In this document: positions 31,089 to 41,770 of the stretch, one piece after another
How the letters are laid out: the number at the start of each line of letters is the position of its first letter
How positions within the stretch are numbered: position 1 is the first letter of the stretch
Origin: an uncultured Planctomycetota bacterium
GTDB taxonomy: Bacteria; Planctomycetota; Planctomycetia; Isosphaerales; Isosphaeraceae
Direction: 5' to 3'
Length of the DNA: 64,000 bases
NCBI GenBank assembly: GCA_963845755.1
Contig: CAWJTV010000009.1
Coordinates: 312,409 to 376,408, forward strand
Position numbers and translations under genes: made by a program
The notes under the pieces: model-generated
The model's input: only the letters and a program-made list of their open reading frames with translations
Told to the model about the DNA's origin: nothing
Databases searched by the model: none

Positions 31089-32533
31089 GGTGTCGCCCCC
31101 GCCGATTCGGCGGCGTCCCCATCTTGGACTGGCTCCCCGCGGGACTCGGGGGCGTTGTATCGCCGCTCGAGGTCTTCCATCGCGCGCGCCGCCTCCGCGG
31201 CCCAGGCGGCATCACCGGGACCGTGAGCGATGGCCACCGTCGCCATCAGCCCGGCACGGAGCCGCGGCCAGCGGTCGTCGCGCTCGATCTGGATCCGCAC
31301 CGGCACGCGCTGGACCACGCGGGTGAACTCACCGGAAACGACATTACGGGGCATGAGCGCGAACTGGGCCCCCGTCGACTTGTTGACCCAGACGACCCGC
31401 CCCCGAAACGGCTCGGCGAAGGCGTAGAGCTGGATACGGACCGCGTTGCCCGGCTCAACGCCCGGTAGGCGGTCTTCCTCCAGGTTGGCCTCGACGTAGA
31501 GTAAGTCCGGGTTGTACATGCTCAGCACGGGAGAGCCCGCCGAGGCGAAGTCGCCCAGGTGGCGGTACCGCTTGACCACCACTCCGGGGAACGGGGCCCG
31601 GACCCTGGTGTACGCCAGGTCGCTCTCGGCGGCCTCGAGCACCCGCCGGGCCTGCTCGACGGACTGCTCCTTGACCTTGACCAGGAGCTCGATCTCGCGG
31701 ACCTGATCGTAGCCGACCTCCGCGAGGCTGATGCCCTTGGCCGCCTTCTGCTCCGACTTCTGCGCGGCGTCCAGCGCGCTGCGCGCGACGTCAATCTGGG
31801 TTCGGGAGGCCAGGGCCTTGGCCAGCCGAGCCTCGGAGAGGTCCACCTGCGCGGAGGCCGAGTCGCGGGACTGCGTGACTTGCTGCTGCTGTCGAACCGG
31901 GCTGGCACCCTGCTGCTCGAGCCGGGTGAAGCGTGCGTACTCCAGCTCGGCCAGCGTGAGGGAGGCGCGGGCCGCCTTCACTCCGGCGCGGGCCTCGTCG
32001 ATCCCCTTGTCCACGTCGTCCCCGGTCAGCGTGAGCGACTTCTCGGCCTTCACCCGGTCGGAGACGGCGGCGGCGGAGGTCCGCCGGGCGATCTCGATCT
32101 GGATCGGTACCTCCTTCCGGACGCGGTCCAGGTCGGCACGCTGGCGGCTCAGTTCGGCGAGCGCGGAGTCGAGCTGGGCTCGCGCCACGTTGACCTTGTC
32201 GCGGTACGGGATCGGGTCGATCTCCGCCACGACCTGGCCCTGGGCGACGCGGTCGTTCTCGTCGGCCAGGAGGCGGATGATCCGGCCGGACACCAGTTGC
32301 GGGGCGACGTTGACGATGTGGGCCTCGACGAAGGCGTCGTCGGTGATCGAGTGGCTCCGGCGGTAGTCGACCCATGGGATACCGAACATCAACCCGAAAG
32401 CAACCAGCCCAACGACCGCGGCCCCAGCGAGGAGACGGCCAGGACGGAGCGCATGCCGGGGACGGGCGGGCGGAGTCGCCGGGGTCTGGGCCGGGCTGTT
32501 CGAAGGTGCCTGGGCTGACTGGATGGCGCTCAT
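31085..32533 (-). CDS. HlyD/EmrA-family membrane fusion protein
   Basis: 'TDDAFVEAH', lipoyl half-motifs, coiled coil, 'TGAQFALMP...GEFTRVVQRVPVRI'. The stop overlaps the MFS start. Confidence 0.9.
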   Translation of the reverse strand: MSAIQSAQAPSNSPAQTPATPPARPRHALRPGRLLAGAAVVGLVAFGLMFGIPWVDYRRSHSITDDAFVEAHIVNVAPQLVSGRIIRLLADENDRVAQGQVVAEIDPIPYRDKVNVARAQLDSALAELSRQRADLDRVRKEVPIQIEIARRTSAAAVSDRVKAEKSLTLTGDDVDKGIDEARAGVKAARASLTLAELEYARFTRLEQQGASPVRQQQQVTQSRDSASAQVDLSEARLAKALASRTQIDVARSALDAAQKSEQKAAKGISLAEVGYDQVREIELLVKVKEQSVEQARRVLEAAESDLAYTRVRAPFPGVVVKRYRHLGDFASAGSPVLSMYNPDLLYVEANLEEDRLPGVEPGNAVRIQLYAFAEPFRGRVVWVNKSTGAQFALMPRNVVSGEFTRVVQRVPVRIQIERDDRWPRLRAGLMATVAIAHGPGDAAWAAEAARAMEDLERRYNAPESRGEPVQDGDAAESAGATP

Positions 32534-32565
32534 GGAGTCCTCCACATGCTTCGACTTCGTCCCGG

Positions 32566-34266
32566 CTAGTGATGTTCGGGTGCCTGAGGCATCGGTGGCT
32601 GGCCAACTCCCATGGCATAACCCAGGCGATCCATCGCGATCAAGTAGCCATACCGGGCGTTCAGGTAATTCTGCTGGGCACGGGTCAGCGAGGCCTGCGC
32701 ATCGGCGATCTCGGTGGGGGCGGCCGCACCCTCGCGGAGCCGAAGTTGCACGAGCCGGTAATTCTCGCTCGCCTGGTCGACCGCCGGTCGGGCATCGTCG
32801 ATTCCGACCCAGGCCGTGACGGCATTCCGGTAGGCCTCGTTGACCTGGAACGCGATATTATCCACGATCGACTCGGCCTGGGCCATGGCCTGGCGTACCA
32901 TCGAGTCCGCTACGCGGGTCGCGGCGATCTTCCGACCGCCCTCGAAGAGCGTCCACTCGAGCCGGATGAACCCCAGCCGCAAATCGGCGTGGCCGTTCAA
33001 TTCTTGCTGCTGGAAGTTCAGCAGGGTCCCATCCGCAACGACCTTGGGCGCGAACTGGGCTCGGGCGATGCGGCCCCCTTGCACGGCGACCTCGACCGTG
33101 CGCTGAACGACGTAGAACTCGCGGCGCTGCCGGACGGCTGTCTGCAGGCAATCGGCGAGCGAGGAGGCCATGGGCGGGATCTCGGTCGGCTCGACGACAC
33201 GAAGCGGCTGATTGCACTTGAGCCCGATCGCCAGGTTCAAGCCCGCCAGGGCCACGAACTCCGCCTCGGTGGCGGCGTGGAATGCCTGGCGGAACTCGGC
33301 CATCTGCACCTCGGCCCGCAGGACGACCTCGCGCTCGATGACGCCCTCGCGCTGGCGCTTGCGGGCATCCCCTAGCTCCTCCTCGGCGCGACGGAGGGCG
33401 TCCTGGGCCGTCCGCCGCAGGGCCTGGCTCCGGAGGACGTTGTAGTACGCGACCGCGACCTCGTTAGCCACCGTCTGGTGGGCGCGCTCCGTCTGGAGCC
33501 AGGCGATGTCGCCCGCCAGCTTCGCCTGCTCGTATAGGCCCAGCCGACGGCCGAAGTCGAGGAGCAGCCACTGGACCTTGAGCTCGGCCAGCTCGAAGGT
33601 CGTCCCCAGGTTGAGGCCGATGGGCACGGCTCCAATGCCGGGTAGGAAGTTGAATCCCGGGAGACCCTTCGCCAGATGGATGGGCTGGCCCCCCACTCCG
33701 AGGCCGAATCCCCCTGCGTCGTAATTGGCCGCGACGGTCGGCAGGAACGTCGAGAACGCGATCTGCCGCTGCCCCTGGGCCTGGGCGATGCTCTCGACCT
33801 GGGCACGCAACCGTGGTTGAGAGCGGAACGCCAGATCGATCGCCTCGGGGAGCGTCAGTGGCTTGCCGCTCGCGGCGATCGCGTCGAGCGTGGCCTCGTC
33901 GGAATCACTCGGAAGCGACGTCGCTGGCGTTCGCGTCGCAGCAGCATCAGGGCGACGTGGCGGGCCTTCGATCGCCGCTGGTAGCCGGCCGGATCGATCG
34001 TCATCCGCGAAGGCCTCGTTCGTTTGGCCAGGTTGCGATGCGGCGGCGAGCCGCACTCTCGTATCGCTCGTCGCCGGCTTGCGGGTCTTCACCTCTGGTG
34101 GTTTGGACGACCGACTGGCACCGACTTCGTCCGACACAACTCGTGGAGCCAGACGATCCTGGAGATCGGACTTCGAAAAAGCACAGCCCATCGTGGAGAC
34201 GAGCGCGATCAGCAAGGACTGGCGGCGGATCGACCGGAAGGCGTGATCGGCGTCTGGTCGAGGCAT
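32566..34266 (-). CDS. TolC-family outer membrane efflux lipoprotein
   Basis: Lipobox-like 'LLIALVSTMGC', 'LTLPEAIDLA', 'LLDFGR', 'VAVAYYNVL', 'WTLFEGG'. The start codon is inferred. Confidence 0.87.
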   Translation of the reverse strand: MPRPDADHAFRSIRRQSLLIALVSTMGCAFSKSDLQDRLAPRVVSDEVGASRSSKPPEVKTRKPATSDTRVRLAAASQPGQTNEAFADDDRSGRLPAAIEGPPRRPDAAATRTPATSLPSDSDEATLDAIAASGKPLTLPEAIDLAFRSQPRLRAQVESIAQAQGQRQIAFSTFLPTVAANYDAGGFGLGVGGQPIHLAKGLPGFNFLPGIGAVPIGLNLGTTFELAELKVQWLLLDFGRRLGLYEQAKLAGDIAWLQTERAHQTVANEVAVAYYNVLRSQALRRTAQDALRRAEEELGDARKRQREGVIEREVVLRAEVQMAEFRQAFHAATEAEFVALAGLNLAIGLKCNQPLRVVEPTEIPPMASSLADCLQTAVRQRREFYVVQRTVEVAVQGGRIARAQFAPKVVADGTLLNFQQQELNGHADLRLGFIRLEWTLFEGGRKIAATRVADSMVRQAMAQAESIVDNIAFQVNEAYRNAVTAWVGIDDARPAVDQASENYRLVQLRLREGAAAPTEIADAQASLTRAQQNYLNARYGYLIAMDRLGYAMGVGQPPMPQAPEHH

Positions 34267-34828
34267 CGAACGACTGCTCCAGCATGCATGATCGTGACTC
34301 CAGTCCCTATCCGCGCTTACGGGATGTATCGGATCTGATGGCTCCGATTCTGAGAGGAATTGTACGATCTCCGGGGCCGTTACGCACCGGATGTAGCCGC
34401 CGAGGGTCGGTCTCAACGGGGGGAGCACGAAGGCGAAGACCGGTGGGCCGATGAGAACTTGGACCATGGATGAACTCGTCGCGAGGGTCGGTCTCATTTT
34501 GGCCAAGTGGCACCCCCACCAGGGGGTCCCTGGACTGGCGCGATTCTTCAGGTAATTCATCGTGCAGAACCGGTGGGCTTCCTCGTCGTGAGACAGGATC
34601 GTCGCACCGGAGCCGGCGGCCAGGGAGCTTCGGACGCGCTAGCCGCCCCGACGTCGGCCGATACGCCGGCCGGCGCGAGGATCGCGTCCGGGTCGGTCGC
34701 AACGGCAGAGCTCGCGTGATCGATATACAGGAGCTCCGCATCGAGGATGCGGCGCGCCCGCGCGGTCGATTTCGAGCCGGCGGACCGGAATCCGGTCGGT
34801 GGGCAGTCAGAGCGCATCGCGTCTGGCA

Positions 34829-37225
34829 TCATGCTGTGACCTCGGTGAATGTGTGGACGCTCGGGTCCTCGATCTTCGCCGGGCGGGAGACGGCAAGGTG
34901 CCGCTCCCCGGGCCGGAGTCGATCGATCAGGACGACGAAGGACGGGACCAGGATCGGCCGGACGAGGAACGTGTCGAGCAGGACGCCCAGCCCCAGCGCG
35001 AATCCCAGCTCGCGGAGCGACGTCAAGCTTCCCGTCAGCATCGATCCGAACGTCCCGGCCATGATCAGGCCGCACGAGCTGATGATGCCGCCGGTGCGAG
35101 CGACGGCCCTGCGCGTCCCCTCTACGACCCCGCACTTTCGCTCTTCCTCGAGCACGCGGGCCATGAGCAGGATGTTGAAGTCCGCGCCCACGGCCACCAG
35201 GATGACGAACAGGAAGAAGCCCACGGTCCAGTCGAGCCCCTCCCAGGGCCCGGGGCCCCGATGCAGGGCGTGGAATAACACATCGGTCAGTCCCAATGTG
35301 GCCAGGTAGCCCAGCACCACCGTGGCGATGAGATAGAGGCTGATAAAGGGTCGACGAAGCAACATGACCAGGATGGTGTACACCCCGAGCGTCACGAGTA
35401 CGTACATGCGGCGCTGATCGCCGGTGGTCACGCGCTTCAAGTCACTGACCTCCGACGTTGAGCCCGCGAGGCCGATCGCGATGGCCCCATGCAGGGGTTG
35501 ACTCGCCGCGGTGGCGCGTCGGAGCGTCGCGCCGACGTCTTGCAGGGTCTGGAAGCTCGATTCCGAGAAGGGATCGGTCTCGAAGACGATCTCGAGGCGA
35601 GCGATGTGATTGAGATCGGCCGCTCGCCTCGGCGTGGTGGCGACGTATCGGGCCTCGGCGGCCCTGCGCACGGCCCGGTCGGCCAGCCGCGTGAACACGC
35701 CCTCGCCACTGGCAGATCCCTGGGGCTTGCCCACGGGCCGCGTCAAGGAGCGGACCTCGGCGACGCCGCCCAGCGCGGCCAGCCTGCGGCTGATCTCCTC
35801 CATCGCCCCCCTGGCCTGCAGCGACCGGAAATCCAACGTGGGATGCTCGATCAGGGCCACGGTCGGGCTCAACTCGCCGACGGCGAAATAGGGACGGACC
35901 GCATCGGCACCGAGCACGCTCGGCCGATCCGGGTCGAGGTCGACGAGCTGGCTGTAGTTCGGCCGCGTGCGGGCACCGACCACGGCCAGCGGAGCCAGGA
36001 TCGCCAGACAGGCCGCGCAGATCTTCAAGGGGTGATCGACCACCAGGTCCGCAACTCCGACCCAGAAGCCCGCCGGGGTCAGCGGCTCCCGGAGTGCGGC
36101 CTCGCGATACCCACCATCCTCGTGCCGGGGGTCCCGGGACGGCCAGAAGAGGGCGCTGCCGAGGCAGGCCAACATCGCGGGTGCCGCCGTCAGGGCCGCG
36201 GCCAGTGCCACGGCGAGGCTTAACGCGATCGTCGGTCCAGTGGACCGGATCGTTTCGAAGCGCGAGAAGCCGAGCATCCCCAGCCCGACGATCACCGTGC
36301 CGGCACTGGCGACCACCGCCGGCCCCACCTGACCGATGGCTTCGCGGATCGCCTCGACCGGCGGTCTCCCTCGCCCCAGCTCCTCCCGGTACCGCGACGC
36401 CAGGAAGAGACAGTAATCGGTCCCCGCGCCGAACAAGATGACGACGATGAAGAGCTGCGTGATGTCGATCACCTGAAGTCCCAGGCCCGGTAGCCCCGCA
36501 AGCAGCGCGATCAATCTGAGCGAGGCGAACACCGAGAAGGCGATCGTCACCAGGGGCACCATCGCCAGCAGCACGGAGCGGTAGACTACCAGCAGGATCA
36601 CGATCACGAGGGCGATCGTCGCGTTCGTCGTGGCCCCGATGCTTTCGTCGGTCGCCGCGTGGATGTCACGCCCCACGGCCGCCGAGCCCGTAATCGCCCG
36701 ACCGAGCCCGGGTGGAGGCGCGGGCGCCCTTGTGTTGGCCCACTCCAGAATTCGATCGACCGCGAGTTGCGTCCTCCGTGAGAGGTACCCGCTGTTCAGC
36801 GAGACGATCGACAACACCGCCTGATCGGCACCCTCGGCGCGGGTACCGATTAACCGAGGTCCGATCACCGGCGAGCGGTGCGTGTCGATCTGCTTTACCC
36901 CGAGTTCCGGATCCTCGTGGGCGAACCGGGAGAGCCCCGAGGCCTGGCCGTCCACGAAGCGAAAGTCGTCAGCAGTCAAGCGGCCATCCTCGCGGCGGTA
37001 GAGCAGCACGAGATCGGAGCTCGAGGCCTCCTGGGGGAAGCCTCGCTCCAAAAGCTCTCGCCCGATCACGCTCGGACAATCCGCAGGGAAGAGCCCGAGA
37101 TCGTCGTCCTTGCTGATCCGGTCCCACGGCGGAGCGAGATAGTGCAATCCCGCGGCCAGCAGGAGCCATGCCAGGACGACGGCCCGAGGGTGGCGGACCA
37201 CGAAACTCGATACAATCCGGAACAT
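34829..37225 (-). CDS. MMPL-family (RND) transporter
   Basis: Two MMPL repeats; 'FGAGTDYCLF', 'VGADFNILL', 'TGGIISSCGLIMAGTF', 'LLDTFLVR'. Confidence 0.9.
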   Translation of the reverse strand: MFRIVSSFVVRHPRAVVLAWLLLAAGLHYLAPPWDRISKDDDLGLFPADCPSVIGRELLERGFPQEASSSDLVLLYRREDGRLTADDFRFVDGQASGLSRFAHEDPELGVKQIDTHRSPVIGPRLIGTRAEGADQAVLSIVSLNSGYLSRRTQLAVDRILEWANTRAPAPPPGLGRAITGSAAVGRDIHAATDESIGATTNATIALVIVILLVVYRSVLLAMVPLVTIAFSVFASLRLIALLAGLPGLGLQVIDITQLFIVVILFGAGTDYCLFLASRYREELGRGRPPVEAIREAIGQVGPAVVASAGTVIVGLGMLGFSRFETIRSTGPTIALSLAVALAAALTAAPAMLACLGSALFWPSRDPRHEDGGYREAALREPLTPAGFWVGVADLVVDHPLKICAACLAILAPLAVVGARTRPNYSQLVDLDPDRPSVLGADAVRPYFAVGELSPTVALIEHPTLDFRSLQARGAMEEISRRLAALGGVAEVRSLTRPVGKPQGSASGEGVFTRLADRAVRRAAEARYVATTPRRAADLNHIARLEIVFETDPFSESSFQTLQDVGATLRRATAASQPLHGAIAIGLAGSTSEVSDLKRVTTGDQRRMYVLVTLGVYTILVMLLRRPFISLYLIATVVLGYLATLGLTDVLFHALHRGPGPWEGLDWTVGFFLFVILVAVGADFNILLMARVLEEERKCGVVEGTRRAVARTGGIISSCGLIMAGTFGSMLTGSLTSLRELGFALGLGVLLDTFLVRPILVPSFVVLIDRLRPGERHLAVSRPAKIEDPSVHTFTEVTA

Positions 37226-37335
37226 GAAATCAGTCCCACGGTTCCCGGTTGCGATTGCATGAGCAGAACAATGATGAGGCTCTGCCGCCGGTGGGGATGG
37301 CCCACCCTCTTGCTCTCGGTCGGTCGCGGCTCGAC

Positions 37336-37821
37336 CTAGGCCGCGGAGCTCCCGGTCGAAACGGCCAGGGGCCTCGCGTTCTCATGGGAGTGGCGGCGAG
37401 CCGGCGGCTGGGCATCGGTCCTGGCGGCACTGCTCCCCATCAGCTTCCACCTGACGTAGCTCGTCACGAGGCCGACGGTGAACAGGTCGTCGATTCGTTC
37501 GAGATGCCGATCGCGCTCCAGTTCCCTCCAATCGGCGTAGGGCATCTGCTCATGCAGCGCGGCCAGGCCGTCGTCGGTCAGTCGACCTTCGCTGATGAAC
37601 GCCGAATCTCCCCGGAGGAATGCCTCCGGGAACAGCTCGTCCTGGTTGATCTTGATCATGAATTCGCGCTCGAGGCGGAACACGATGTCCAGGAAGTCGA
37701 TGGACTCCGCCCCCAGGTCGCCTTGCAGGGTGGCGGAGGGCTTGATGTCTTCTTCCTCGACCCCCAGGGCGTGCACGAGCACTCTCGTGATCTTCGCGTC
37801 AATCTCATTCGAGGTCGGCAT
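37336..37821 (-). CDS. Atypical (insert-containing) acyl carrier protein, second copy
   Basis: 'DLGAESIDFLDIVFRLEREF'; paralog of 20774..21226. Confidence 0.83.
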   Translation of the reverse strand: MPTSNEIDAKITRVLVHALGVEEEDIKPSATLQGDLGAESIDFLDIVFRLEREFMIKINQDELFPEAFLRGDSAFISEGRLTDDGLAALHEQMPYADWRELERDRHLERIDDLFTVGLVTSYVRWKLMGSSAARTDAQPPARRHSHENARPLAVSTGSSAA

Positions 37822-37871
37822 GGTCTGGTCCTTTCGCGGGAAGTTGCGGATGAGAAACAACGGAGACGGAT

Positions 37872-40453
37872 TCACTTCAGCCCGATCTCGCCAGCCGACT
37901 TGCTCAGGATCGCGTCGGCGGTCTCGCCGATCAGGGCCCACTCGGCGCAGGTCTCCCCGAGCGCCTGGAGGAATCGATCCACCTGGGCGTCGCTCACGAT
38001 CAGGGGAGGTTGGACCCGGAGCACCCGCGGGTTCGAGCGGGCCACCTGGGTGTAGATCGCGTGCTCGTGGAGCAAGTTCGACTGGACGTACAGCGCCGGG
38101 ATCGTGCGGAGAAGGTCCTCGTAACCGGGCACCAACCACCAGCTCGCCCCCGACGAGTCGAAACCCTTGAAGTTGGTGAGCAGCCCCGGGGATAGCTCGT
38201 GGAATTCCACACCCAGCATCATTCCATGGCCTCGGATCTCGCGGATGATCGGGCAGCAGCGGGCGATCGACTCGAGGCCCTCGTGGAGCTGGATCCCGCA
38301 GCGGGCGGCGTTCTCCAGCGTCGGGGTATCACGCAGGACCCGGAGCGTCGCCAGGCCCGTGGCGCAGGCCAGGCTGCCGCCCGAGAACGTGCTCGAATGC
38401 AGCGCGAACGTCTGGTACGAGCCGTACGCCTTCATCCAGATGTCGCGGCGGGCGATCATGGCCCCGAGGGGCATCAGCCCGCCGCCCAGCGACTTGGCCA
38501 GGGCGAGGATGTCGGGCTCGACCCCGTCGCTCTCGACGGCGAACAGCGGCCCGGTCCTCCCCAGGCCGGTCTGCACCTCGTCGGCGATGAAGAGCGTGCC
38601 AGCCTCGCGACAGAGCCGGTGGGCCTCGGCCAGATAGCCCGGCGGCGGCGTGACCATCCCGCCTTCTCCCTGGATCGGCTCGACCACGAACGCGGCGTGC
38701 CGGCGCGTCGCCAGGGCCAGCTCGAGGGCCCTCGTGTCGCCATAGGGGACCGCCTGGCATTCGGGGACCATCGGACCGAACGGGCCCTGATAGGTCCGGT
38801 TGCCGGTGACCGAGAGGGCCCCGAAGGTCTTGCCGTGGAACGAGCCCCGACACGACAGCAAGCCGCTACGGCCGGTCGCCGCCCGCGCCAGCTTCAGGGC
38901 GGCTTCGATCGACTCCGCCCCGCTGTTGGTGAAGAAGACGATCTCCAGGCCGCGCGGGGTGATGGCCACCAGTTGCTCGGCCAGCGCCGCCGCCAGAGGA
39001 TTGACCGAGCCCGGCGAGAATCCGGGCGTCCGCTGGCTCAACGCCGAGGCGACCGACGCCGCCACGTCGGGGTGATTGTGCCCCAGGTTGAGCGAGCCGA
39101 AGCCCGCCACGAAGTCGAGGTAGGCGCGCCCCGACTCGTCAAACAGCTCCGCCCCCTCGCCCCGGACGAACGTGCGGGCCAGCCCGCTCGGGCCGCCCAG
39201 GCCGATCAGGACGGGATTGATGTGCCTGCCGTACCGCTCGGCCGCGTGCTCGGCCAGGTCGGCGACGCTGATAGGCTCCTCATCGGCCCGCTCGAGAGCG
39301 GCCTGGTCACCGTATCGGCGTGGTGGTCGCGATCGCATGTGGCGAGTCCTCGAGAGCACCTTGAGGAACTGAGATCGGGCCTCCGGGCTCAGCGCCTGGC
39401 CGCACGCCAGCGCCTCCGAGAACACGAACCCGTGCGCTCGGCGAGCCGGCCGATCTCGCGGACGCGGTCGAGCGAGAGCTCCCGCCCGATCGAGAATGAG
39501 TCGGCGCGGTTCTCGAGCGCCAGGACCATCGTCTCGCCCAGGCAGGAGGGTACGATGCCGTGATAGAACCGGAGGAAGAACGAGTCGCGGGGCATCGACG
39601 CGGGCACGCGAGCATAGCCGGCGGAGAGGATCAGGACATCATCGCGGCTCGGCGCTGCACGGCGGATATCGCTGGGGACACCCACGTCGAGCACCAGGCA
39701 GCCCGGGCGGAGCCAGCCTGGGTCGATGCAATCGCCCGACGACGTGGCCGTTACGACGATCGAGGCCTCGGCCAGGGCCCTGGGGAGATCGACCTCCAGC
39801 CGCGCACCCAGCCGGTTGGCCAGGTGGGTCGCCCGAGGCGACGTCCGCCGTGCCCCCAGAACCAGGCGCCGGCACCGCGGCGCCAGCACAGTGGCCACGG
39901 CCGTCGCGATGCTGCCCGGGATCCCCACGACCGCGATCTCCTCGTCGGCCAGGTCGATCCCCAGGTCCTCACAGTAATGCTCGAGATTTCGCACGGTCGC
40001 GTACACGGTCAGGCTGTTGCCTGTTGTCACGGCGATCGGCTGGCGTTCGGCCAGAAACGTGCCGTGGTTGCCGACAATCCCGGTCATCGAACCGAGCCCG
40101 ACGATGCGGGCCCCCCAGCCGATGGCGTCCTCGACGGCTTGCTCCATGAGCTCGAGCGCCCGGCCGGAGTCGCCCAGGATTCCCCGCGCATCCATCGGGA
40201 TCTCGTAGAGTCGCCCTTCGGCCCTGGCGCCGGCCGCTGAGACCAGCCTGTCGAACGTGTCGGCGATCCGCGGTGCCAAAGACCGTCCGTCCGACATCGG
40301 CCGGTGACGGGGCCCGAATGCGGCATGTGCCTCGGCGCAGAACTCGAGCAGGTCGGCCCGGCCCCAGGTCCGCCGCAACCGGCCATCCCGGTCCAGCGCC
40401 ATCAGATCCGTGGTCTGCTCGGAGAGCGGGTGGATCAGGAAGGCGAATCGCAT
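37872..40453 (-). CDS. PigE-like fusion: acyl-ACP (thioester) reductase plus class III aminotransferase, frameshift near 39430
   Basis: N-terminal 'MRFAFLIHP', 'IVGLGSMTGIVG', 'VTTGNSLT', 'VVGIPGSIA', 'PSCLGETM'. C-terminal 'YLDFVAGFGSLNLGHN', 'NSGAE', 'EPIQGEGG', 'IADEVQTGLGRTG', 'AKSLGGG'. About 860 codons in total. Confidence 0.82.
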
Positions 40454-40602
40454 CCCCGGCCCGTCCGCTTGCGGGCATTTCCGTGCATGATTTAGCCCCT
40501 CAACAGAGCCCAGGAAATCCGGTGAGGCGGCGCCCTCAGCGCGCCACCTCGATCAAGACCTGAGAGTTCATCGAGCACTTCGCCTTTCTTGCCGAGTTGC
40601 GG

Positions 40603-40698
40603 TTACCGTCGGTCCACCGAGCACGGCTCGGCGCCACACAGGTCGCGGGCGTATTCGTGGATCGTGCGATCGCTGGAGAATTGGCCGGAGTGCGCCAC
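40603..40698 (-). pseudogene. glgP: Glycogen/starch phosphorylase C-terminal remnant
   Basis: Minus strand reads VAHSGQFSSDRTIHEYARDLCGAEPCSVDRR*; FSSDRTI.EY is the phosphorylase C-terminal signature. Confidence 0.7.
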
Positions 40699-40744
40699 GG
40701 TGGAGCGAGGAAATTAAGGGTGTTCAGCTTGCGGAACCCGTGGC

Positions 40745-41525
40745 GCTGCGCCGTAATCTTTGCAAGTGTGCTCATGCGGTCAAGGCTGCGCCGGCCGCCG
40801 GGGTCGAGGCCGGGTCGCAAGCCTTGTCGTCGAATTCCAGGAAGCGGGCGAACCGCCGCTGTCTGTGGCGCGCGTACCACGCCTGGCGGGCCTTATCACG
40901 CCTCCGCCGCGCTCGCGTCCCATCCACGGTAAACCTCCTTCTGTTGAGAGTCCCTGATCTTTGCTGCTGGGAGCCATGGTCCGAAAATAAAGGTGGCCCG
41001 CCCGGCGCTCGGGCGGACCCGAGGCGACGCGGGCGCGAGCCTCTTGTCGCGTTTCACCGAACATGACAAAGCGGAGAGGACAACCCGGGGCGTCCCTTCC
41101 GGGAAACCGTAGATGCCCCGTTGCTTCACCGGGGCCGGTCAGGCGAAGGTGTGGGGACTTTGTTCTCGGACCGGCCGGGATTCAACCGAACGAGGTCGTG
41201 ACCGCGCCCGGCGGTTCGAATCGGCCCGGCGCCCGGAGGCCCTGGCGATCCTTTCGATCGCCCTTTTCCCCTGCTGATTAACTGAGCGTGCCCACTGGAC
41301 ACCTTCGGGCGGGAAAGGCTCGGACTCGCGCCCGCGATCACGACCCATCCCATCATTGCGGATCGGCGCGAGATCTCCGGCGCCTGGCCTCACCGCGGCG
41401 GACCCACGGACTGAGTCGGTCCCCCGTCGCTCACGATCGAGCCGCTGTCCGAGAATTGCCTACGTGAAGACCGGGACCTGCCCGGCGGCTGCGCCTGCAC
41501 CGGTCGGGGGACCGAATCCCAGAAT
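40745..41525 (-). repeat. Copy 2 of the ~0.8-kb inverted duplication
   Basis: Reverse complement aligns with ~9390..10200. Confidence 0.8.
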
Positions 41526-41719
41526 GCGCGTTGCGGCCTCCTAGGTCGACTCCGCCTCGGGGAACAAGTTGTCGATGCGGCCTGGATCGACTCTAGTCTT
41601 TGCCAGCGAAGGCGCACCTCGGCGAGGAGTTCGAGATAATCGCGGCACACCTCGTCGGGGCTGCACCGCGATTCGAGGACCTCTTCGAACAGTTGCTGTA
41701 TCCGCGGATCCGCGGCCAT
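41390..41719 (-). pseudogene. Internally deleted kinase-WD40 gene (kinase leader fused to the WD40 protein tail)
   Basis: Starts MAADPRIQQLFEEVLES..SPDEVC..YLELLAEVR and ends 'FWDSVPRPVQAQPP...VGPPR', matching the tail of the WD40 remnant that ends at 9531. Confidence 0.72.
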
Positions 41720-41770
41720 CGCTCTTGCCTTCCCGCCTCGTCGAGTCTGCCGGTCCCCGTCGGTCCGTCC

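Noticed and set aside
34267..34832. Small ORF between MMPL and TolC, or a longer TolC N-terminus
   Set aside because: No recognisable motif; low-complexity translation; cannot be supported from sequence alone.
37872..40453. Complete prodigiosin or tambjamine cluster
   Set aside because: Only the PigE-like enzyme is present; no pyrrole-forming, PigD-like or condensing enzymes are in the window.
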